A program made the position numbers and the translations under genes. Under the pieces are notes generated by a model. It did no database searches. It was not told the origin of the DNA and saw only the letters and a list, made by a program, of their open reading frames with translations. DNA of 21,823 nucleotides from Chthoniobacteraceae bacterium (lineage in GTDB: Bacteria > Verrucomicrobiota > Verrucomicrobiia > Chthoniobacterales > Chthoniobacteraceae), in assembly GCA_031409335.1 (NCBI GenBank), contig JANNWY010000280.1, forward strand, positions 1-21,823. Reading direction: 5' to 3'. Below, one piece after another: positions 1 through 7,621 of the stretch. Positions within the stretch are counted from its first letter, which is position 1, and each line of letters opens with the position of its first letter.

Positions 1-662
1 CCGCTGAGTTCCTTCGTGAGCAGATCCTTCAGCCCGTGCTCGGACTTGAAGCGCTGGCCGTTAAGCGTGAGCGTCAGCCCGCGATTGAGGAACGCATATT
101 TCCACAGCATGTCCTCGATGAACTCGGTGCGGAATTTGAAGTCCTTGCCGAAGAGCGCCTCGTCCGGCGTGAACTCGACGAGCGTGCCGTTGCGCTCCTC
201 GGTCTTCGTCACGCGCGACTGGTTCTTGAGCTTCCCCTTTTCAAAATCAACGACCTTGCTCTCGCCCTCGCGGATGGCCTGCGCGCGGTAGTTCAGCGAG
301 AGCGCGTTCACCGCCTTCTGCCCGACGCCATTGAGCCCCACGGCCTTTTGGAAAGTCTCGCTGTCGTACTTCGCGCCCGTGTTGATGATCGAAACGCAAT
401 CCACGAGTTTCCCCAGAGGAATCCCGCGCCCGTAGTCGCGCACCTTCACGCTGCGATCCGTGATCTCCACCTCGATTCGCTTCCCCTGGCCCATCATGAA
501 TTCGTCGATGGAGTTATCGACCGTCTCCTTGAGCAACACGTAGATGCCGTCCTCGGCGTGCGCGCCGTTACCGAGCCGGCCAATATACATGCCGGGTCGG
601 AGGCGGATGTGCTCGAGTGAGCTGAGGGTCTTGATGCTGGCTTCAGTGTAGTTGGATGCCAT
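1..662 (-). CDS. parE: DNA topoisomerase IV / gyrase subunit B, N-terminal GHKL ATPase part (runs off the window edge)
   Basis: Not in the ORF track. Manual translation from ATG at 662-660 gives MASNYTEASIKTLSSLEHIRLRPGMYIG...LLKETVDNSIDE...VRDYGRGIP...TGAKY...GLNGVG, the GyrB/ParE signature motifs. parE versus gyrB cannot be fully resolved from this fragment. Confidence 0.9.
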   Translation of the reverse strand, partial: MASNYTEASIKTLSSLEHIRLRPGMYIGRLGNGAHAEDGIYVLLKETVDNSIDEFMMGQGKRIEVEITDRSVKVRDYGRGIPLGKLVDCVSIINTGAKYDSETFQKAVGLNGVGQKAVNALSLNYRAQAIREGESKVVDFEKGKLKNQSRVTKTEERNGTLVEFTPDEALFGKDFKFRTEFIEDMLWKYAFLNRGLTLTLNGQRFKSEHGLKDLLTKELS

Positions 663-1102
663 GGATTTGTGGGGCGGAAAAAGAGGGAAGCCGAGGCGCG
701 CTGACAAGCGCAATCCCCCACTACACACGCGCGCCGCATCCCCAATGCACTCGCGGTCGAAATGGACCAGCCCCTATCGGTGCATGCGCACGGACGCGGG
801 CCAATCGTTCACTGCGCCGAAGGCCAAATCCTCTGAGAGTGGCGCTGCGCGCGCGGTCTTGCCATGGCGCTACGGAGCGACGCCATCCACCACCTCGCTA
901 TTCGATCGTTGCAATCTTCTCTGTCCAGACGGCCTCCGAAAACTGCTTCCGCATGGACCTGGATTTCACGCCACCCGTTCCCGAGTCGATGCCAATCGGT
1001 GTCCGTGCAGCCATGACTGAAAAGCAGCCGATGTTTTCGATCGCACTTGATCGAACGTTCAAGCCGCTTTCAACTCTCGGTCCGCAACTTCCCATTTCAT
1101 CC

Positions 1103-2176
1103 ATGCAAGATTTCACGGCAGGCGCACTCTCGACCACACCCGCGCGCACACCCACTTGTGGCGATGCCGCATTTGACAAACGCATCAAGGAACTCGTTCG
1201 CGACTACGGCTGCGACGTGCCGCCGGAACTCGTCGAGGGCATCATGATCACCGCGTTGAAATTCGCGCGCGACAAGATCGGCGTGGCTGACATGAAGCTG
1301 GCGAATCGCTCGCTCAACGAGCTGCGCTACGCGGCCCGCACGTTTGCTCCTTTCCGGCATATGCGGAAGGTGTGCGTCTTTGGCAGCGCCCGCACCGCGC
1401 CCGATGCCGGCGAGTTCATCGCCGCGGAGGAGTTCACGCGAAAGATGCGCGAGCACGAGTATATGACGATCACAGGCGGCGGCGACGGCATCATGGGAGC
1501 CGCGCAGCGCGGGGCCGGGCGGGATTTTTCATTCGGGCTGAACATCCGGCTCCCGTTCGAGCAGCGCGCCAACGAGACCATCCATGGCGACGACAAGCTG
1601 ATTAACTTCAATTATTTTTTCACGCGAAAGCTCAACTTCGTGAAGGAGTCCCACGCGATCGTGCTTTTTCCCGGCGGCTTCGGCACGATGGATGAAGGCT
1701 TTGAGGTGCTCACGCTGATGCAGACGGGCAAGGCGCGCATCTTCCCGCTCGTGCTGGTGGATAAGCCGGGCGGCACCTACTGGCACACCCTCTTCAAATT
1801 CATCACCGACTATCTGCTGAAGCTCGGGCTCATCTCGAAGGATGATCTGAGCCTCTTTTACGGCGCCGCCGATGTGGACGATGCGGTTGCGCACATCCTG
1901 CAGTTTTACAAAATCTACCGCTCCTACCGCTGGGTCGGGAGTCGCATGGTAGTGCGCCTCCAGCATCGTATTTCGGAAGCCTCGGTGAAAAAGTTGAACG
2001 CGGAGTTTGCCGATGTCATTGCGAATGGTGCGATCGTCCAGACCATGGCATTGCCCGAGGAGGCAAACGAACCGGAGATCGCCAGCCTGCCGCGCCTTGT
2101 CTTTAGTCCGCATCGGCGGAATTTCGGACGCATCCGGTGCTTGCTCGACGGAATCAACCTCGCCGAACCAGCGTGA
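1103..2176 (+). CDS. LOG family (TIGR00730-like) nucleotide monophosphate nucleosidase
   Basis: Motifs VFGSAR, ITGGGDGIMGAA, FFTRKLNF and PGGFGTMDE. The start is placed at ATG 1103 because the upstream in-frame extension (656-1102) looks non-coding. Confidence 0.9.
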   Translation: MQDFTAGALSTTPARTPTCGDAAFDKRIKELVRDYGCDVPPELVEGIMITALKFARDKIGVADMKLANRSLNELRYAARTFAPFRHMRKVCVFGSARTAPDAGEFIAAEEFTRKMREHEYMTITGGGDGIMGAAQRGAGRDFSFGLNIRLPFEQRANETIHGDDKLINFNYFFTRKLNFVKESHAIVLFPGGFGTMDEGFEVLTLMQTGKARIFPLVLVDKPGGTYWHTLFKFITDYLLKLGLISKDDLSLFYGAADVDDAVAHILQFYKIYRSYRWVGSRMVVRLQHRISEASVKKLNAEFADVIANGAIVQTMALPEEANEPEIASLPRLVFSPHRRNFGRIRCLLDGINLAEPA

Positions 2177-2276
2177 CGAGCGAGGCGTGTCGGACAAACG
2201 CTTACATTAAAATCGGCGGACGGGCTCTTCCCAACGCGCAAATTATCGGCGACAAACTCATCGCTTGATAACAAAT

Positions 2277-2369
2277 CTCCATCGGCACTCGAACTGTCAT
2301 GTTCGCCACAGCGGCGGGTTTCCCGCTGGAGTGTATCCCGCGGTGATGGTCCCGAGATCTCTGGTGGAG
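2277..2369 (+). ncRNA. Candidate structured intergenic RNA (rod-like hairpin), family unassigned
   Basis: Nested pairings CTCCATCGG/CTGGTGGAG, CTCG/CGAG, ACTGTCAT/GTGATGGT and apical GCGGG-TTT-CCCGC, with several G-U pairs, lying just upstream of a strong terminator. Confidence 0.35.
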
Positions 2370-2395
2370 CCTCGATAACACTTTCCTCCCCGACG

Positions 2396-2438
2396 AAGGC
2401 CCGCTTCGACGTCCGGTCGAAGCGGGCTTTCCTTTTTT
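2396..2438 (+). terminator. Rho-independent terminator
   Basis: Perfect 12-bp stem GCCCGCTTCGAC / GTCGAAGCGGGC with a 5-nt loop, followed by TTTCCTTTTTT. Confidence 0.85.
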
Positions 2439-2484
2439 ATCAGGCGCGCGCATTTTTTCGCGTCATATTCACGCGCTCACGCCC

Positions 2485-3633
2485 ATGTTTTACCGTCTTC
2501 ATGCAGCGGCCGTCGCCACCGCTCTCGCGCTCATCACGACCGCGAGGGCCGAGTTCACCGTCACCTCCACGAACTACGTCATCGTCGGTCCCTCGGCCGA
2601 AGGCATGGCGCAGCGCCAGGCGCAACTCGAGTGGTCGGCGCGGATCTTTGAGACCCTGCTCGGCGTCCGGCCTCCGCGCGGTCGGGTGGTCGTTTCCGAT
2701 GCGCCAGTCGGCAGTGTGGTGAGCATGAACGGTGACACTGCCGCGCTGATCAACACGATCCCGCTGACGCCGCAGCCCCCGGCGGCCGATGGTTCGCTGT
2801 GGAATCTTTCGTGGTTTGCCAATGAGAAGACTGGCAACGGTCGCGGGCCAAAATTCACCGCGATCACGCACGAAGCAGCTCATCTTCAGCTCGTCATGAC
2901 GGTGAACTTTCACGCTAGTGATGAATTGAAGGCGGCGTTCAACGGCTACGGTTCTTTCCTGCCCGACTGGCTCGATGAAGCAGTCGCTGTATTCCATGAG
3001 TCCGACACGCTCAAGCGCGCGCGGCGGGAGCGTTACAATCCGGCCGCGCGGATTCCCCTGAAGAATTTTTTTGTGATGAGCCACCCCGGCACGCCGTCCG
3101 CCCCACAGATCCTCACCATCGATGCGAAAACTCCCGAGGAAGCGCGCAAAAAATTTACCGCCTTTAAGCAAAGCCAGCACGCTGCGCTGAAGCGGACAGT
3201 GGACTCGCTCAAGGCCGACGCCGCCTCCGTCGATCTCTATTACAGCCAGGCGCTCGCGGTCATCGAATACCTGATCGCCCGCGGTGGGCCGCCCTTTTTC
3301 CGCTATGTCGTGATCGAGCAGAATCATGGAAAATCCTTCGATGAAATCCTGCGCACCTGGCGCACCAAGTACCAGGAAATCTCCGCCCAGCGCGTCAGCG
3401 TCGAACGCGGCGCCGCGAAGTATAGCCAACCGCCACGGAAGATCGCGCCCGGCGATACCGCGGGCCCGCCGCCGCCGCGCGCAAACAAGATTGCCGGCGT
3501 CCTCGTGCGCCCGGGTGAAGTGGCGAATCAGATGCCGCCATCGCTCGAAGTCATGGACGCGGATTTCGTGAACTGGATCACGAAGAACTACCCGAAACAT
3601 CGTCCGGCGCTGCCGCCTTTCCCGGGCAAGTGA
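2485..3633 (+). CDS. Secreted putative zinc metallopeptidase (gluzincin / peptidase MA-like)
   Basis: N-terminal signal peptide (AAAVATALALITTARA), HEAAH zinc motif, downstream PDWLDEAVA third-ligand motif and a YSQA motif. Confidence 0.7.
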   Translation: MFYRLHAAAVATALALITTARAEFTVTSTNYVIVGPSAEGMAQRQAQLEWSARIFETLLGVRPPRGRVVVSDAPVGSVVSMNGDTAALINTIPLTPQPPAADGSLWNLSWFANEKTGNGRGPKFTAITHEAAHLQLVMTVNFHASDELKAAFNGYGSFLPDWLDEAVAVFHESDTLKRARRERYNPAARIPLKNFFVMSHPGTPSAPQILTIDAKTPEEARKKFTAFKQSQHAALKRTVDSLKADAASVDLYYSQALAVIEYLIARGGPPFFRYVVIEQNHGKSFDEILRTWRTKYQEISAQRVSVERGAAKYSQPPRKIAPGDTAGPPPPRANKIAGVLVRPGEVANQMPPSLEVMDADFVNWITKNYPKHRPALPPFPGK

Positions 3634-3655
3634 ACCGCGAAATCTTCGCGGTTCA
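3631..3655. repeat. Perfect inverted repeat overlapping the stop codon (hairpin, no U-tract)
   Basis: TGAACCGCGAA-ATC-TTCGCGGTTCA, an 11-bp perfect stem. Confidence 0.6.
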
Positions 3656-3728
3656 TCACGCCCGAACTGCACTCGTCAGGATTTCCCCACTTGCCCGCCG
3701 CGATGCTGTGTGTTCTCTAAACGCATCC

Positions 3729-4304
3729 ATGAAAAAGCTCATCCTCCTCCTCGCCATCGCGGTGCCAGCATTCGCCCAAGTCACGCCGACAACGCCGGCA
3801 ACTCCGGGGGAAGGCGCGCCTGGAACTCCGCCAGTTCCGGCCACCACCGCCAAGGCAAAACCACTCACGGCAGTTGACAAAAAATTTGTGAAGGACTCGC
3901 TCGAAGGGATGTATTTCGTGATGGACCTCGTCGGAAAAGCGAAGACCGGCGCGAAGATGGAAGTCACCAAGACGGAATCGAACGCGCTCAAGGCGAGCCT
4001 CGACAAAGTGTGGGCGGAAGTGGCCGGTTTCGCGAGCAATCACGAAGAGAAGATTCCGGCGGAACTGACCGGTGGCGACAAGGGCAAGTCGGAACGGCTG
4101 GGAAAAGCCGGGGATAAGTTCGACAAGGAATTTTTCAAAATCGTCAACCGTGAGGTCGATCGGCTGGCGAAAACTTTCGGGAGCGCCGCCAAATCCGCGC
4201 AGGATCCCGCGGTGAAAAAAATCGCGGGAGACTGGGAGCCGACGCTGAAGGGGCACTCCGCAAAATTGGACGCCGCGGAGAAGGAAGCCGCGAAGACCAA
4301 GTAA
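3729..4304 (+). CDS. Secreted DUF4142-like (ferritin-like) protein
   Basis: Signal peptide MKKLILLLAIAVPAFAQ, a Pro/Thr linker, then LTAVDKKFVKD...FDKEF...AQDPAVKKIA...PTLKGH, typical of DUF4142. ATG at 3729. Confidence 0.7.
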   Translation: MKKLILLLAIAVPAFAQVTPTTPATPGEGAPGTPPVPATTAKAKPLTAVDKKFVKDSLEGMYFVMDLVGKAKTGAKMEVTKTESNALKASLDKVWAEVAGFASNHEEKIPAELTGGDKGKSERLGKAGDKFDKEFFKIVNREVDRLAKTFGSAAKSAQDPAVKKIAGDWEPTLKGHSAKLDAAEKEAAKTK

Positions 4305-4408
4305 CCATGCGGGTTCCCGGTCCATCCGGGCATCCGCCATGCAGGCATTTTCGATGAGCGCATTTGCCACGCGCTCCGCACCGAGTAGTCTTTAACGCAT
4401 CCAAAACA

Positions 4409-6082
4409 ATGGACGCAGAATCCTTCGAACTTACTCCAGACGAATCCTTGCCCGGCCTTCTCGAAAGGCTCGACCAAACCATCGCCGCGCTGCCGCCGGG
4501 CGACATGGTGCGTGAAGAATTGCTCTCGCTGCGCGGCGATGTCGCCGAGCAGGAGGACATCCTGATCGAAGCGCGCGAAGCGCTCGAGAAATACGAAGCG
4601 ATCGTGAAAAAGCTCAGCTCGCCCGCAAATCGAATCGGCACTTTTCTCGGCGCGCATCAGCGGGATACCGCGCAAATCGTCGTGGGCGGGGCGGATTATT
4701 TTTGCAACCTCGACCCGCGCGTGGACCTCATGCATTTGCGCCGCGGCACGCGCGTCCTAGTCAATGAAGCGTATGTAATCGTCGGCGATCTCGGTTACGA
4801 CAAGACGGGGCCGGTGGTGAAAGTGACCGAGGTGCTCGGGCCGGATCGCCTGCGCGTCGGCAGCGAGCACGGACAGCAGTCGATCGTGATCCAGCGCGGG
4901 GATTCCATCGCCAAGGAAAAGCTGAAAGTCGGCGATGAAGTGCGCGTGGATGCCAACTACAAAGTGGGCATCGAAGCGCTCGCGAAGCCGCACAGCGACG
5001 AGTATTTTCTCGACTCCGTGCCGGAGTTGCCGTGGGAAAAAGTGGGCGGCCAGCAGGAGGCGCTCGCGGCGATTCGCGATGCGATCGAGCTGCCGCTGCT
5101 GCACCCGGATTTGTTCGCGCGCTTCCAGCACGAGACGCCAAAGGGCTTCCTGCTCTACGGCCCGCCCGGCTGTGGAAAAACGCTGATCGGAAAAGCGACC
5201 GCGTACAATCTGACGCAGCAGCTCAAGCGCGAATCCGGTGAGGAGATGCGCGAGTATTTCATGCACATCAAGGGACCGGAAATCCTGAACATGTGGGTGG
5301 GCGAAAGCGAACGCATGGTCCGCGAAATCTTCGCGACCGCGCGGGAGAAACGCCGCGAAGGTTATCTGCCGTTTCTCTTCATCGACGAGGCGGAGAGCAT
5401 CCTCGGCACGCGCCGCGCGGGCCGCTGGTCGTCGATCCTCAGCACGCTCGTGCCGATGTTTTGCACGGAGATGGATGGCATCGAATCGCTGAACGAAGTC
5501 GTGATCATCCTCGCGAGCAATCGCGCCGATTTGATCGACCCGGCCATCCTGCGTCCCGGACGCATCGACCGGAAGATCAAGGTCAACCGCCCGACGCGGG
5601 ACGGAGCCAGCGAAATTTTCAGAATCTACCTCACTCCCGATCTGCCGTACGATCCCGCGCTCATCCGCGAGACCGGCAGCGTGGAAGCGGCCATCGCGTC
5701 GGTCGTCGAAAAAATGACCGAGCTCGTCTTCGGAAAACGCGAGGAAAATAAATTCCTCAGCATCACGCTGCGCAGCGGAAAAAAAGACACGCTCTACCGC
5801 GGCGACCTCATCAGCGGTGCGATCATCGCAAGCATCGTCTCGCGCGCGAAAGGGCTCGCCATCAAACGAGCGATCTCGACCGGCGATGAAGAGGGAATCA
5901 GCGAAGCCGATCTGCGGCTCGGCTTCGAGGCGGAGTACGGCGCAAACGATATTTTCCCGCCGAGCGACATCACGGAAGACTGGCTGCACCTCATCGACTA
6001 CGACGCGGAAAACGTGGTGAAAGTCTCCCCAATCCGGCCGGGCGACGCGGCGAAGGAACGGCGGACTGGCGGCGTGATCTGA
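4409..6082 (+). CDS. arc: ARC/Mpa-like proteasome-associated AAA+ ATPase
   Basis: N-terminal coiled coil, OB-fold region (RVLVNEA), IELPLLHPDLF, Walker A GPPGCGKT, IKGPEILNMWVGESER, Walker B FIDEAE and SRH ASNRADLIDPAILRPGRIDRKIKV. Confidence 0.85.
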   Translation: MDAESFELTPDESLPGLLERLDQTIAALPPGDMVREELLSLRGDVAEQEDILIEAREALEKYEAIVKKLSSPANRIGTFLGAHQRDTAQIVVGGADYFCNLDPRVDLMHLRRGTRVLVNEAYVIVGDLGYDKTGPVVKVTEVLGPDRLRVGSEHGQQSIVIQRGDSIAKEKLKVGDEVRVDANYKVGIEALAKPHSDEYFLDSVPELPWEKVGGQQEALAAIRDAIELPLLHPDLFARFQHETPKGFLLYGPPGCGKTLIGKATAYNLTQQLKRESGEEMREYFMHIKGPEILNMWVGESERMVREIFATAREKRREGYLPFLFIDEAESILGTRRAGRWSSILSTLVPMFCTEMDGIESLNEVVIILASNRADLIDPAILRPGRIDRKIKVNRPTRDGASEIFRIYLTPDLPYDPALIRETGSVEAAIASVVEKMTELVFGKREENKFLSITLRSGKKDTLYRGDLISGAIIASIVSRAKGLAIKRAISTGDEEGISEADLRLGFEAEYGANDIFPPSDITEDWLHLIDYDAENVVKVSPIRPGDAAKERRTGGVI

Positions 6083-6113
6083 GCCCGTGTCGAAAAGGCG
6101 GGGTTCGCTGAAA

Positions 6114-6186
6114 TGTTCCCGCCGGGAATTGAACTCGGATAACCGGTTTAGGAAACCAGTGCTCTATCCATTTGAGCTACGGGAAC
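6114..6186 (-). tRNA. tRNA-Arg(CCT)
   Basis: Reverse complement GTTCCCGTAGCTCAAATGGATAGAGCACTGGTTTCCTAAACCGGTTATCCGAGTTCAATTCCCGGCGGGAACA folds as a cloverleaf with anticodon CCT. One A-C mismatch in the T stem; CCA is not encoded. Confidence 0.93.
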
Positions 6187-6294
6187 GAAATCGCCGGAAT
6201 TTTCAGCGGATTTCCCAAAGGTTCAAGGCCGAAAGATTTCCAAGGCTCTGCCCATTCCTTGCGCTTTCGCGGGCGGGCGGCGTATTTGCTGGGG

Positions 6295-6708
6295 ATGACG
6301 ATTTGTGAAAAACAAGACGCGCTCGTCGCGCGCTACTCGATCATCGAAGATGCGCAGGAGCGGCTGGCTGCGATCGTGGCGCGGGGGCGGAAATGGCCGG
6401 GCGTAGGCGATGCGGAGAAGACGGATGAGAATCGCGTAAAGGGATGCGTTTCGCAGGTGTGGCTGGTGGGCGGGGCGGATGGTGCGGTGTGCCGCTTTCG
6501 GATGAGCGCGGAGTCGCCGCTGGTGCAGGGTCTCGCGGCGTTGGTTTGCGAGCTTTACGACGGTGGGGCAGTGGATGAAGTCGCCGCAGTGGAGCCAGAG
6601 TTGATGGAGGCGCTGGGGCTCGACCGCCAAATTTCTCCGACGCGGCTCAATGGCCTCGCGCACATCCGCCGCACGATCCGCGAATTCGCCACCGCCCATT
6701 CCACATGA
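6295..6708 (+). CDS. sufE: SufE family sulfur-acceptor protein
   Basis: ENRVKGCVSQVW with the conserved Cys, plus SPLVQGL and ISPTRLNGL. ATG at 6295. Confidence 0.9.
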   Translation: MTICEKQDALVARYSIIEDAQERLAAIVARGRKWPGVGDAEKTDENRVKGCVSQVWLVGGADGAVCRFRMSAESPLVQGLAALVCELYDGGAVDEVAAVEPELMEALGLDRQISPTRLNGLAHIRRTIREFATAHST

Positions 6709-7481
6709 AGCGGATCGACGCGCACAATCATCTCCACGATGCGCGGCTGGCAGCGATCCTGCCGACGCTCGATCTAGGATGCGCCGTCGTGAATGGGACG
6801 AGCGAGAGCGACTGGCCCCGCGTCGCCGCGCTCGCGGCTGCGCATGATTGGGTGCTGCCGTCGTTCGGCCTGCATCCGTGGCATGTGGCAGCGCGGTCGG
6901 CGCGCTGGCTCGATGTTTTGCGCGAAAATCTGGCCGCGCATCCTGGCGCGGGGATCGGCGAGATCGGGCTCGATGGCTGGGTGAAGGATCACGACCTGGC
7001 GGATCAGCGCACCGTTTTCACCGCGCAACTCGCTCTCGCGGCGGAGCGCGATCTTCCGGTCACGATTCACTGCATCCAGGCCTGGGGTGCGCTGTGGGAT
7101 GTGATTCGTGCAGGCCCGCTTCCGGCGCGGGGCTTCCTGCTGCACGCATACGGCGGCTCGCTGGAAATGATGCGCGGTTTTGCGGAGCACGGAGCCTATT
7201 TTTCCTTTTCGCCCTATTTCCTGGATGAGCGAAAAGCGGCGCAGCGAGCCGTCTTCGCCGCGATCCCCGAGGATTGGCTGTTGGTGGAAACGGACGCGCC
7301 GGATTTGCGTCCGCCCGACGAGCAAAATCCGAATCCGCTTTGCGGCCCGGACGGCGAGCCGATCAATCATCCCGCGAACATCGCACTCGCCTACTCGGCT
7401 CTCGCGAAGATTCGCGGCGTGCCGATAGAAAAACTGACGGAAACTGTCGCCGCAAATTTTCAGCGTTGGATCGGGCGGTGA
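6705..7481 (+). CDS. tatD: TatD family metal-dependent hydrolase/DNase
   Basis: DAHNH, GLHPW, GEIGLD, IHC, LHAY and LVETDAP motifs. ATGA overlap with sufE. Confidence 0.9.
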   Translation: MKRIDAHNHLHDARLAAILPTLDLGCAVVNGTSESDWPRVAALAAAHDWVLPSFGLHPWHVAARSARWLDVLRENLAAHPGAGIGEIGLDGWVKDHDLADQRTVFTAQLALAAERDLPVTIHCIQAWGALWDVIRAGPLPARGFLLHAYGGSLEMMRGFAEHGAYFSFSPYFLDERKAAQRAVFAAIPEDWLLVETDAPDLRPPDEQNPNPLCGPDGEPINHPANIALAYSALAKIRGVPIEKLTETVAANFQRWIGR

Positions 7482-7621
7482 CAGAAAATCCGCGCATTTT
7501 GCGGATGCAAACCGACCGGAAGTGAAGCAGCGTCCGCAGCCCCCTGGACGTGATGAGATTCCCAATCGCCAAACCCCATGCAGAACCGAGCGCGCCGAGA
7601 CTTCCCCGCAATTCTCGCTCG

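Noticed and set aside
656..1102. 149-aa N-terminal extension of the LOG protein
   Set aside because: It overlaps the divergent topoisomerase start and promoter region and has no protein-like features; ATG 1103 is more plausible.
6114..6186. tRNA-Arg as the integration site of an island
   Set aside because: No duplicated tRNA 3' end was seen in the window, and both flanks are ordinary chromosomal genes.
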